Part shown: piece after piece, positions 21,371-30,127 of the stretch
How the letters are laid out: every line of letters begins with the position of its first letter
Numbering within the stretch: position 1 is the stretch's first letter
From: an uncultured Actinomycetota bacterium
GTDB taxonomy: Bacteria; Actinomycetota; Actinomycetes; JAHEKZ01
Reading direction: 5' to 3'
Assembly (NCBI GenBank): GCA_963848085.1
Contig: CAWKCE010000005.1
Span: forward strand, 303,667 to 367,666
Length of the DNA stretch: 64,000 nucleotides
Notes under the pieces: generated by a model
The model's database searches: none
What the model was told of the DNA's origin: nothing
Seen by the model: the letters and a program-made list of their open reading frames with translations, nothing else
Translations under genes and position numbers: made by a program

Positions 21371-21429
21371 GGTGGCCGCATCTGCCGTGTCGCGCGGACG
21401 GCGACGGTCCCTCCCCCTAGGCTTCAGCC

Positions 21430-21897
21430 ATGAACGCCGTGCGCATCGAGGCGATGGATCCGCTGGATCCGCGCGCTCTCCAAGCTGTGAACTCCTTCCT
21501 GAACGAAATGGTCGAGCGGGTCGACGCCAACGCCCTGACCGATGACCCAGCAGACGAGTCGGAGGGGTACGTCGAGCAGGGCTTCTTCCTGGTCGCCATG
21601 GACGACCACAACCGTGTCGTGGGCTGTGGCGCCCTGGAGCAGGTCGGGGACGGCGTCGGCCAGATCCGGCGAATGTGGGTCAACCCGGTGCTCCGCGGGC
21701 GCAGCATCGGTCGTCGACTGCTGTCCGCGCTGGAAGGCGCGGCGGCCGTGGCCGGCCTGGACGTCATCCGACTGGAGGCGTACGAGGGGCTGAGCGAGGC
21801 GATCCTGCTCTACGAGACCAGTGGCTACGTCCGGTCCGAGCCCGAGCAGGGCGCCCCGGGCGACCTCCGGTTCTACGAGAAGCACCTCGAGGTCTGA
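21430..21897 (+). CDS. GNAT family N-acetyltransferase
   Basis: Acetyl-CoA-binding motif RGRSIGRRLL (Q/RxxGxG/A). 155 aa. Divergent from lsr2. Confidence 0.8.
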   Translation: MNAVRIEAMDPLDPRALQAVNSFLNEMVERVDANALTDDPADESEGYVEQGFFLVAMDDHNRVVGCGALEQVGDGVGQIRRMWVNPVLRGRSIGRRLLSALEGAAAVAGLDVIRLEAYEGLSEAILLYETSGYVRSEPEQGAPGDLRFYEKHLEV

Positions 21898-21922
21898 CCC
21901 GAAGCCAGCCGGTCGCGACCAG

Positions 21923-22453
21923 TCACAGCCGGAGCAGCATCCGGGAGTTGCCCAGGGTGTTGGGCTTGACCCGCTCCAGGCCCAGGAACTCCGCCACGCC
22001 CTCGTCGTAGGACTGCAGCAGCTGCTCGAAGACGACGTGCGACACCGGGATGCCGTCGATCTCAGCGAAACCGTGACGGCCGAAGAACTCGACCTCGAAC
22101 GTCAGCGTGAACAACCGGCTGACACCCACCTCCCGCGCCTGGCGCACCAACCGCTCCAGCAGCAGATGTCCCAGCCCGCGGCCACGATGGGCGGGCTCCA
22201 CAGCCAGCGTGCGCACCTCGGCGAGGTCCTCCCAGAGCACGTGCAGGGCGCCGCACCCGACCACCCGGCCTTCGACCTCAGCCACATAGAACTCCTGCAC
22301 GTCCTCGTACAAGGTCACCGTCGCCTTGGCCAGCAGGATCCGGTCCGCGGTGTAGGTGTCGACCAGCGCTCGAATCGCCGCCACGTCCGAGGTTCGCGCC
22401 TCCCGGACGGTGACCGAGGCGGCGCCATCGGTCACCGGCACGGCGCTCGTCAT
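21923..22453 (-). CDS. argA: Amino-acid N-acetyltransferase (short ArgA-like GNAT, Rv2747-like)
   Basis: Strong resemblance to the mycobacterial short N-acetylglutamate synthase (ARTSDV..I..LVDTY, VTLYE.VQEF.VAE, VVGCGALHVLW.DL.E.RT.AV.P, KPN.LGNSRMLL). 4-nt overlap with the lysS start. Confidence 0.8.
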   Translation of the reverse strand: MTSAVPVTDGAASVTVREARTSDVAAIRALVDTYTADRILLAKATVTLYEDVQEFYVAEVEGRVVGCGALHVLWEDLAEVRTLAVEPAHRGRGLGHLLLERLVRQAREVGVSRLFTLTFEVEFFGRHGFAEIDGIPVSHVVFEQLLQSYDEGVAEFLGLERVKPNTLGNSRMLLRL

Positions 22454-23967
22454 TCCGGCTTGACCAAGGGGAACAGGATCGTGTCGCGCACTCCCAGGCC
22501 GGTCAGGTTCATCAGCAGCCGGTCGATCCCCATGCCTTGGCCGCCGGCCGGCGGCATGCCGTGCTCGAGTGCCCGCAGGAAGTCCTCGTCCAGCCGCATC
22601 GCCTCCTCGTCACCACCGGCGGCGCGGAGCGACTGCTGGACGAAGCGCTCACGCTGGTCGATGGGGTCGATCAGCTCGGAGTACCCGGTCCCCTGCTCGG
22701 CCCCCCAGCAGACGAGGTCCCACTTCTCGGTCAGGCGCGGGTCGTCGCGGTGCAGCCGAGTCAGCGGGGCGTTGTTCTTGGGGAAGTCGGTGTAGAACAC
22801 CGGCGACGTGGTGCGCCGCTCGACCAGCTCGACGTACAGCTCCTCGAGCAGCATCCCCGCGTCGGCGTCGGCTGGCTCTTCGAGTCCCGCCGATTCCGAC
22901 AGGCGCTGGAGCTTCTCACGAGGGGTGTCGAGCGAGACGTCCTCGCCGAGCGCCTCGGAGAGTGCCTCGATCATCGTCTTGACCGGCCAGTCTCCCGACA
23001 GGTCCCACTCCTCGACCACGCCGTCCGGACCCACCCGCCGGGCGATCGGCGAGCCGAAGGCAGCCGTGGCGGCCTCCTGGATCAGCTCCTGGGTGAGTAC
23101 GCGCATGGTGGTGTAGTCGCCGTAGGCCTCATACATCTCCAGCATCGTGAACTCGGGGTTGTGGGTCGAGTCCGCGCCTTCGTTACGGAAGTTGCGGTTG
23201 ATTTCGAAGACCTTCTCGGCGCCACCCACAAGCAGCCGCTTCAGGTAGAGCTCGGGGGCGATGCGGAGGTAGACCGGGATGTCGTAGGCGTTGATGTGGG
23301 TGACGAAGGGCCGCGCGTTTGCGCCACCGTGCTGCACCTGAAGCATGGGGGTCTCGACCTCGGTGAATCCCCGACGGTGCAGGGAGTCCCGCAGGCTGCG
23401 CACGACAGCGGACCTCAGGTACAGCATGTCGCGGGCCTCGGGTCGCACGATGAGGTCGACGTATCGCTGCCGGACCCGCTGCTCCGGGTCCTGCAGGCCC
23501 TTGTGCTTCTCAGGCAGCGGGCGCAGTGCCTTGCTCGTGATGGCGAACGAGTCCACCAGGACGCTGAGCTCGCCCCGCCGGGAGGTGATGACCTCGCCCT
23601 GGACGCCCAGGTTGTCCCCGAGGTCGACGTCGCGCTTCCACCGGGCCAGTGCGTCCTCGCCGGTCCGGTCGAGGGTCAGCATCACCTGGAGGTCGTCCGT
23701 GCCGTCTCGCAGGGTGCCGAAGATGATCTTGCCGCTGACCCGGTTGAGCACGAGCCGCCCCACCACACCGACGCGCTCACCGGTCGCGGTGTCCGGCTCG
23801 AGGTCGACGAAACGGTCGCGGACGGCGACGTTGGTGGTGGTCCGGGGGTAGCCGAAGGCGTAGGCATCGTCGCCGTTGGCGCGCATCCGGTCCAGCTTCT
23901 CCCGACGCACCTGCATCTGCTCCGGGAGGTCGTTGCCCCGAGCCAGTGCGTCGCCCGCTTCACCCAT
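22450..23967 (-). CDS. lysS: Lysine--tRNA ligase (class II)
   Basis: N-terminal OB anticodon-binding domain, and class II motifs (FRNEG..., ELYLKRL, GGQGMGIDRL). Confidence 0.93.
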   Translation of the reverse strand: MGEAGDALARGNDLPEQMQVRREKLDRMRANGDDAYAFGYPRTTTNVAVRDRFVDLEPDTATGERVGVVGRLVLNRVSGKIIFGTLRDGTDDLQVMLTLDRTGEDALARWKRDVDLGDNLGVQGEVITSRRGELSVLVDSFAITSKALRPLPEKHKGLQDPEQRVRQRYVDLIVRPEARDMLYLRSAVVRSLRDSLHRRGFTEVETPMLQVQHGGANARPFVTHINAYDIPVYLRIAPELYLKRLLVGGAEKVFEINRNFRNEGADSTHNPEFTMLEMYEAYGDYTTMRVLTQELIQEAATAAFGSPIARRVGPDGVVEEWDLSGDWPVKTMIEALSEALGEDVSLDTPREKLQRLSESAGLEEPADADAGMLLEELYVELVERRTTSPVFYTDFPKNNAPLTRLHRDDPRLTEKWDLVCWGAEQGTGYSELIDPIDQRERFVQQSLRAAGGDEEAMRLDEDFLRALEHGMPPAGGQGMGIDRLLMNLTGLGVRDTILFPLVKPE

Positions 23968-24006
23968 GGCGGCCAGGCTAGCGATCAGTGCGGAACGGCA
24001 ACGTGA

Positions 24007-24768
24007 TCAGGGGGTGACGTTGCGCTCGAAGACGAGGCGAAGCCCGTGCAGGGTCAGGTCGGGCTCGTGGTCGGTGATGGTCTCCGACTCGTCGATGACG
24101 ATGGCAGCCAGTCCTCCGGTGGCGATCACGGCGTTCACCGCGCCCAGCTCCGCGGTGATCCTCCGCACCAGGCCGTCGACCTGGCCGGCAAACCCGTAGA
24201 TCGCCCCGGACTGGAGAGCCTCGACGGTGTTCTTGCCGATCACCGAGCGCGGCCGGACCAGCTCGACCTTGAGCAGCTGGGCGGCCCGGGAGGCCAGCGC
24301 CTGCAACGAGATCTCGATGCCCGGGGCGAGCGCCCCGCCCAGGAACTCGCCGCGGGCACTCACGACGTCGAGATTCGTCGAGGTTCCGAAGTCGACGACG
24401 ATCGCCGGTCCGCCGAACATCTCGTGCGCCGCCAACGTGTTGACGATGCGATCGCTGCCGACCTCCTTCGGGCTGTCGGTCAGCACCGGGACCCCGGTTC
24501 GGGTGCCCGGCTCAACGATGACCGTCGGCAGGTCGCGGTAGTACCGCTGCAGCATCTCCCGCATCTCCCGAAGGACCGCCGGCACCGTCGAACACAGCGC
24601 GATCCCGGTGACGTCAGGTCCGCCGGCGAGGAGCCCCCGGTAGACGAGGACCATCTCGTCCGCGGTCGCGCGCGCATCCGTCTTGATCCGCCACGACCCG
24701 TGCAGGCGGTCGCCCTCGAACAGCCCGAGCACTGTCTGCGTGTTGCCGACGTCAATGGCGAGCAGCAC
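24007..24768 (-). CDS. coaX: Type III pantothenate kinase
   Basis: MLLAIDVGNTQTVLGLF N-terminal ASKHA motif, DxGT motif DFGTSTNLD and the overall CoaX pattern. Confidence 0.9.
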   Translation of the reverse strand: MLLAIDVGNTQTVLGLFEGDRLHGSWRIKTDARATADEMVLVYRGLLAGGPDVTGIALCSTVPAVLREMREMLQRYYRDLPTVIVEPGTRTGVPVLTDSPKEVGSDRIVNTLAAHEMFGGPAIVVDFGTSTNLDVVSARGEFLGGALAPGIEISLQALASRAAQLLKVELVRPRSVIGKNTVEALQSGAIYGFAGQVDGLVRRITAELGAVNAVIATGGLAAIVIDESETITDHEPDLTLHGLRLVFERNVTP

Positions 24769-24771
24769 GTG

Positions 24772-25629
24772 TCACTCCCCTCCGGCCACGGCCGGGAGCC
24801 GCACCGCCTGGTTGTCGATCAGCCGGGTCGAGCCGACAAAGGCAGCAACGACCAGTAACGCGTCGCCCCCAGCCACCGGACCGAACGTGCGCGGGTCCAC
24901 CAGCTCCAGGTAGTCCAGCCGAACCGCGGGCTCGGCGGCCAGCACCTCGTGCCCCGCGGCCAGCACCTCTTCGGCGCCCCGCACCTCGGCCTCCTGGCCC
25001 GCCGCCAGGGCTCGCGGCAATGCGAGCGCGGCTCTGCGGTCCATTTCGGACAGGTATGTGTTGCGGCTCGACAGCGCCAGCCCGTCCGCGTCGCGGACGG
25101 TCGGTACCGGCACGACCTCGACCGGAAGGTCCAGGTCGCTGGTCATCTGTGCGATCAGCCACAGCTGCTGAGCGTCCTTCTGGCCGAAGTACGCCAGGTC
25201 CGGCCGGGTCAGGTGCAGCAGCTTCGCCACGACGGTCAGCACGCCGTCGAAGTGCCCAGGGCGAGTCTCTCCCTCGAGAAGATCGCCGACGTCTCCCGCC
25301 GACACACGCACGAGCGGCTCGCCCTGCGGATAGACGACGTCTGGACTCGGGGCGAACACCACATCCACGCCGGCTTGCCGGCACAAGGCGACGTCGGACG
25401 GCAAGGTCTTCGGGTACTTCGCCAGGTCCTCCCCGGGCGCGAACTGCAGCGGGTTGAGGAACACCGTCACGATCACCGAGGCGGCACGCTCCTGCGCGGT
25501 ACGGATCAGCTCCGCGTGGCCGGCGTGCAGCGCTCCCATCGTCATCACCACAGCGACGGGTCCGGCTGTCGCATCCAGGCGCTTCCGCTCGGCCGCCAGC
25601 TCGGACCGGGTGTGCGTCACGACCGTCAC
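24772..25629 (-). CDS. panC: Pantoate--beta-alanine ligase
   Basis: MGALHAGHAELIR (HIGH-like) plus pantothenate synthetase motifs. Immediately upstream of coaX. Confidence 0.92.
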   Translation of the reverse strand: MTVVTHTRSELAAERKRLDATAGPVAVVMTMGALHAGHAELIRTAQERAASVIVTVFLNPLQFAPGEDLAKYPKTLPSDVALCRQAGVDVVFAPSPDVVYPQGEPLVRVSAGDVGDLLEGETRPGHFDGVLTVVAKLLHLTRPDLAYFGQKDAQQLWLIAQMTSDLDLPVEVVPVPTVRDADGLALSSRNTYLSEMDRRAALALPRALAAGQEAEVRGAEEVLAAGHEVLAAEPAVRLDYLELVDPRTFGPVAGGDALLVVAAFVGSTRLIDNQAVRLPAVAGGE

Positions 25630-26537
25630 GCCACCGCACCCCCGTCGCCCAGCACGTCGAGGAGCGGCTCGGCCCGTACGGCGTCGAGCAGCCCGGCGTC
25701 GAGAGCGCGCTCCGCGGTGAGCCGAGCGAGCGCGACGTACGCCGCCCGGGCCTGCGGTGAGACCTCACCGATCGCCGCCACGTGCGCCGCCACAGTGCCG
25801 GCGTCGCCACGGGCCACCGGTCCCGTCAACGCAGCGTCTCCCTCACGCAGTGCGTTGTCCAGGGCAGCCGACAGCAACGGCTCCAGGACACGCGCTGGCT
25901 GGTCCACGCCGGACGCGCGCAGCAGGTCGGCGGAGCTGGTCACCAACGTCACCAGGTGGTTCGCGGCATGGGCCAGGGCAGCGTGGTACAGCCCGCGTCT
26001 TTCCTCGAGCACGTGCACCGGCTCGCCGCCCATCTCCAGGACGAGGGCGTCGGCGATGGGGGCCAGGGTCGGCGGCACGGTGACGCCGAAGATGCAGCCA
26101 CCGAGCCGGTCGAGGTCGATCGACGTGCCGGTGAACGTCATCACCGGGTGGATCGCCAGCGGCAGCGCACCGACGGCCACGGCATCGTGCAGCACACCGA
26201 CGCCGTAGCGCCCACTGGTGTGGGTGACGAGCTGACCTGGTCGGATCGCCCCGGTCTCTGCCAGCCCGGCGACCAGTCGGGGAAGCTCGTCGTCCGGCAC
26301 GGTGAGGAGCACCAGGTCAGCGGCGCCACACACGTCCGGCGGGGGCACCACCGGCACTCCCGGCAGTAGCAGCTCCGCGCGCTCACGCGACCGGTCCGAC
26401 ACCCCGGATACGGCGACCACCCGGTGACCGGCCCTCGCCAGCGCAGCGCCCAGCACGGCACCGACGCGCCCGGCTCCGACCACGCCGACGGCGAGCCGGC
26501 CCGGACGGTCGGGCGGAGGGCTGTCAGGTGGGGTCAC
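25626..26537 (-). CDS. Rossmann-like / DUF2520 domain protein (Rv3603c-like)
   Basis: VGVVGAGRVGAVLGAALARAGHRVVAV NAD(P) Rossmann motif, followed by a DUF2520-like C-terminal domain. The 666-aa track ORF is over-extended across the divergent + strand gene, so I trimmed to the GTG at ~26537. The start is uncertain. Confidence 0.7.
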   Translation of the reverse strand: MTPPDSPPPDRPGRLAVGVVGAGRVGAVLGAALARAGHRVVAVSGVSDRSRERAELLLPGVPVVPPPDVCGAADLVLLTVPDDELPRLVAGLAETGAIRPGQLVTHTSGRYGVGVLHDAVAVGALPLAIHPVMTFTGTSIDLDRLGGCIFGVTVPPTLAPIADALVLEMGGEPVHVLEERRGLYHAALAHAANHLVTLVTSSADLLRASGVDQPARVLEPLLSAALDNALREGDAALTGPVARGDAGTVAAHVAAIGEVSPQARAAYVALARLTAERALDAGLLDAVRAEPLLDVLGDGGAVA

Positions 26538-26636
26538 GAAGCGTTCCAGTCCTCGAGGCGGGTACCGGACGACGGGCAGCGTCAGCCTAACCAGGCGGAC
26601 AGCGCCCGGTGGGGCCCCGGTCGATAGCGTCTCCGC

Positions 26637-27713
26637 GTGAACGCGGTGCGGGGCTGGCGGACGGCCATGGAGCATGCGCTCTACGGCCCCTCGGGGTTCT
26701 ACGTTCGCGGTGCCGGCCCGCAGGCGCACTTCCGGACCAGCGTGACGTCCGGCCCCCTGTTCGCCGCAGCCCTCCAGCGTCTGGTGAGCGACGTGGACGA
26801 CGCACTGGCGCGACCGGCCGCCCTCCGCGTCGTGGACGTCGGCGCCGGTGACGGCTCCCTGCTCACCGCGGTCCTGGCCGGTCTGGACGTCGACCAGCGC
26901 CGGCGGTGGCAGCTGACAGGGGTGGACCTGCGTGGCCGACCGGCGAGCCTGCCCCCGGAGATCGGCTGGGTGCGCGAGCCGCCCACGGGCGTCGACGGGG
27001 TCGTGGTCGCGCACGAGCTGCTGGACAACGTCCCGCTCGACGTGGTCGAGCAGACCGAGGCCGGACTCCGCCTCGTCGTGGTCGACGAGCTCGGCCAGGA
27101 GTCGCTCGGGGGTCCACTGACGAACGATGACGCGGACTGGCTCCGGCGGTGGTGGCCGATGGAAGACGCCGACGTCGGCGACCGCGCCGAGGTCGGTCAC
27201 CCCCGCGACGCCGCATGGGCGGCGCTCGTCACCTCCCTGCGGCGCGGCACTGCGGTGGCTGTCGACTACGCGCACACGCGTGCCCAGCGGGCCGCCGGCA
27301 GCTGGGCATCGGGCTCGCTCACCGCCTACCGTGCCGGCCACCAGGTCGCTCCGGTGCCCGACGGCTCGTGCGACCTGACGGCACACGTCGCGCTGGATGC
27401 GTGCGAGGACGCCGGGATCCGGGCCGGCGCAACGGACTCGGTGACGCTCGCGCAGTTCCTGGCCCTGCCCGCACTCGGGGTGTCGGGGAGGCGTCCGCCA
27501 CTCGACCTCGCCCACTCCGACCCAGTCGGGTATGTCGCGGCGCTGAGCCGCGCCTCTCAGGCGGCCGAGCTCACCCAACGTGGTGGGCTCGGCGACTTCA
27601 CGTGGCTGGTCCAGACGCGGGGCCAACCCGTTGCGGTTCGCCTGACCGACATCCTCAACGCCGAGGAGCGCGCCACACCACCGTCGCCGCAGCCGCGCCG
27701 ACCAGCGCCGTGA
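26637..27713 (+). CDS. Class I SAM-dependent methyltransferase, MidA/NDUFAF7-like (COG1565 / DUF185)
   Basis: YGPSGFY...F.TS......LFAAAL, SAM motif VVDVGAGDGSL, VVVAHELLDNVPLDVVE, and the C-terminal pattern of the MidA family. Divergent from the DUF2520 gene. Confidence 0.75.
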   Translation: MNAVRGWRTAMEHALYGPSGFYVRGAGPQAHFRTSVTSGPLFAAALQRLVSDVDDALARPAALRVVDVGAGDGSLLTAVLAGLDVDQRRRWQLTGVDLRGRPASLPPEIGWVREPPTGVDGVVVAHELLDNVPLDVVEQTEAGLRLVVVDELGQESLGGPLTNDDADWLRRWWPMEDADVGDRAEVGHPRDAAWAALVTSLRRGTAVAVDYAHTRAQRAAGSWASGSLTAYRAGHQVAPVPDGSCDLTAHVALDACEDAGIRAGATDSVTLAQFLALPALGVSGRRPPLDLAHSDPVGYVAALSRASQAAELTQRGGLGDFTWLVQTRGQPVAVRLTDILNAEERATPPSPQPRRPAP

Positions 27714-28191
27714 CCACGGTCAACCAGGAGGCCCGAGCCGCGGCAGCACCGATCCGATCCCGCGCGGACTCGGCGGTCGGGCCTAGCGCCCAGTCGACCC
27801 GGTCGCTCGTGGCTCGGCACTGCAGCGCCACCGTGCCCGGGACGATCGGCTCGACGGCGGCCACCGGCCGCCATCGCTGCGAACCGACGTCGATGGTCTC
27901 GTCGGTCTCGGCCGCCGTCAGCCGGGCGGACCCGCCGCGATCGGCTACCTGGCAGGGCGGCTGGTCCGGAACCGGCGCTCCGTCCCGGAGGTAGAGCGTG
28001 GTGGGGGTCTCGACCCGAACCACCACCCACGTCCCGGACGCCAGCGGGGCGACCTCGTCAAGCACTTGGCGGACCGCGTGCCCCACGCTGAACCCGCCCC
28101 ACGCCAGTGGTACCGCCATCAGCCCCACCAGCGCCAGGTACCAGCGGCCGCGGCCCGGTCGGGTCACTCCGGCGGCCGATCGAGCAGCCAT
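27655..28191 (-). CDS. Hypothetical membrane-anchored protein
   Basis: Single TM helix (RWYLALVGLMAVPLAWGGFSV) followed by a ~130-aa extracytoplasmic domain. Trimmed to the ATG at 28191. Its 3' end overlaps the MTase 3' end by 59 nt (convergent), which lowers confidence. Confidence 0.5.
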   Translation of the reverse strand: MAARSAAGVTRPGRGRWYLALVGLMAVPLAWGGFSVGHAVRQVLDEVAPLASGTWVVVRVETPTTLYLRDGAPVPDQPPCQVADRGGSARLTAAETDETIDVGSQRWRPVAAVEPIVPGTVALQCRATSDRVDWALGPTAESARDRIGAAAARASWLTVVTALVGAAAATVVWRAPRR

Positions 28192-29534
28192 CGGTCGGGT
28201 CGGGACCGCGACCGGGCGCTGCGGGCGCGGGCGACCTGCGCCTCCGCCAGCTGCCTGGCCTCCTCGGCGGGGCGCTGCGCGGCGGTGATGCGGACCGGCC
28301 CCGGAGTGGAGTCCACGTGAACGCTGGCCAGCCGCAGCCACCGTTGCCACGGCCCCTGCGACACGCGCACGCTCTGGGTCCGGGCATGGGGGACGACGTC
28401 CCAGGTGGGCACCAGCCAGCCGTGCCGGACGACGAGGACCTGGTCGTCGTTGCCCACGGCCAGCCGACGTCGCTGCAGCGGCGCCCGCCACCGCGCCCTG
28501 GCCGGCACCGCATCGAGGGGGACGGCCAGTGGGTCGACCCCGGGCAGAACTCGGGCCAGCACCGCGCGCGCTACTGCCTCCGGTGCCACCGGCAGCAGGG
28601 TCGACGGCCGGTTCTGCGCGTCTTCACCCCCGGAGGCTCCGGCCACGTTCACCACCATCCGCACCCAGCCCCGGCGTCGCCACAGGACCGGCTGCTCCAG
28701 CCGAACGGCCTGGACCCGCCCTGGCGGAACGGTCTGCGACCGGTGCGACGTCAGACCGAACCGCAGGCGAAGACCGTCCGGGGACTCGGCCACGGTGAAG
28801 CCGAACAACGTCACGAAACGCCCGCCCACCACGAAGAACGGGGTGCCGACGAGCAGCAGCATGGGCAGCGCGAACTCGAACGCACCGACCGCGGTGAGCA
28901 GGACGGCGGTCAGGGGCAGACCCACCATGAGCAGCAACATGTCGGGCTGGAGGAGGAGGGAGGTGAGCAGCGTCCCCGTCGGCACGCTGACCAGGATGGT
29001 TTCGGGAGCAACGGGCGCGGACGCACCCTGCTCGACCCGGATGCCGGCTGCGCGCGCCAGCAGCTCGGCGCGGAGTCGATCCGCGTCCGGCTGGGACAGG
29101 TAGGCCATCCGCGTCGCGCCTGAGGAGGCCCCGGCGACCTCCGGGCGCAGCTCCGCCAGCCCGAAGATGCGGGCGAGCAGCGGCTGCGTCACGTCGACGG
29201 ACTGCAGTCGGGACACCTGGACGCGACGCTCGTTGAGCTGCAGCACCCCGGACCGGATCCGTAGGTCGCCGTCTGCGTCGAACCAGAAGCTGTAGCGGCT
29301 CCACACCAGGTACGCCCACGCACCGGACGCGGCCACCATCGCTAGGACGACCACGAACACGCCCAGCCAGCCGAAGGGGTTGCTGCGAAGCTGGTCGAGC
29401 CCGAGGCTCACCGCCGCGATGCCGAGCACCGGCCCGATCTGGAGGGCGCGAACGACAGGCGTCACCGGGTGCAGGCGCTGGGGCCGCGTGGCCTGCCAGT
29501 CCGCAGCCTGGGCTCCCGGCAACGCGGTGGTCAC
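28164..29534 (-). CDS. YdbT-like PH-domain (bPH_2) membrane protein
   Basis: Repeated pattern of a TM hairpin followed by a bPH_2-like beta-rich segment (three repeats). Arg-rich C-terminus. 4-nt overlap with the upstream YdbS-like gene. Confidence 0.75.
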   Translation of the reverse strand: MTTALPGAQAADWQATRPQRLHPVTPVVRALQIGPVLGIAAVSLGLDQLRSNPFGWLGVFVVVLAMVAASGAWAYLVWSRYSFWFDADGDLRIRSGVLQLNERRVQVSRLQSVDVTQPLLARIFGLAELRPEVAGASSGATRMAYLSQPDADRLRAELLARAAGIRVEQGASAPVAPETILVSVPTGTLLTSLLLQPDMLLLMVGLPLTAVLLTAVGAFEFALPMLLLVGTPFFVVGGRFVTLFGFTVAESPDGLRLRFGLTSHRSQTVPPGRVQAVRLEQPVLWRRRGWVRMVVNVAGASGGEDAQNRPSTLLPVAPEAVARAVLARVLPGVDPLAVPLDAVPARARWRAPLQRRRLAVGNDDQVLVVRHGWLVPTWDVVPHARTQSVRVSQGPWQRWLRLASVHVDSTPGPVRITAAQRPAEEARQLAEAQVARARSARSRSRPDRWLLDRPPE

Positions 29535-30061
29535 AGACCGGCGCTCCGCTGCTCGCCCAGGCTGGCGAGGCGGTCCCGAAGTGCCGCGGCCTCGCCGGGG
29601 GTCAGGCCGGGGATCGATGCGTCGCTGGTGGCAGCCGCGGTGTGCAGCTGCACCGACGCGAGTCCGAAGTGCCGGTCGATGGGTCCGCGCGTGACGTCGA
29701 CCAGCTGCATGCGGCCGAAGGGCACCACGACCAGGCGCCGGAAGGCGATCCCGCTGACGACCAAGAGGTCGTCACTTCGCAAGCAGTAGCCGACCGCGCG
29801 CACCTGGCGTCCGATCAGCCAGGTGAGCCAGCTGACGACGGCAACGGACGCGACGACGGCGACGAACGCCCACGCCGGGCTTGCCATCACGGCAACGGCC
29901 ACGGTGATCGCGGCCGCGATGAGCACGGCCGGTCCGACGACCGAGATCCGACGGACGGTGGCCAACCGCGGCGACACCCCTACCCAGCCGTCGCCGGGGG
30001 CCAAGAAGGGGTCGCCGGCAAAGGACCGGGTCGGATCTGCCGTCGGGCGGGGGTCGGACAT
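29531..30061 (-). CDS. YdbS-like PH-domain (bPH_2) membrane protein
   Basis: Two TM helices, then a single bPH_2-like domain (LRSDDLLVVSGIAFRRLVVVPFGRMQLVDVTRGPIDRHFGLASVQLHTAAATSDASIPGLTPGEAAALRDRL). Confidence 0.75.
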   Translation of the reverse strand: MSDPRPTADPTRSFAGDPFLAPGDGWVGVSPRLATVRRISVVGPAVLIAAAITVAVAVMASPAWAFVAVVASVAVVSWLTWLIGRQVRAVGYCLRSDDLLVVSGIAFRRLVVVPFGRMQLVDVTRGPIDRHFGLASVQLHTAAATSDASIPGLTPGEAAALRDRLASLGEQRSAGL

Positions 30062-30127
30062 CCCCCGAGGCTATCCGGGCAGTCAGCAGGGCCCGAGCGA
30101 CTGCCCGGGCCCTGCTGACAGGTGTGC

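Noticed and set aside
22537-24006. 489-aa + strand ORF antisense to lysS
   Set aside because: lysS on the minus strand has class II aaRS motifs. The + frame has no motifs and a biased composition.
24949-26208. 419-aa + strand ORF antisense to panC and the DUF2520 gene
   Set aside because: Overlaps two supported minus-strand genes. Arg/Ser/Ala/Pro-rich low-complexity translation.
28107-29123. 338-aa + strand ORF and several 200-230-aa ORFs inside the YdbT-like gene
   Set aside because: Alternative frames of a gene with a clear repeated TM-plus-PH architecture on the minus strand.
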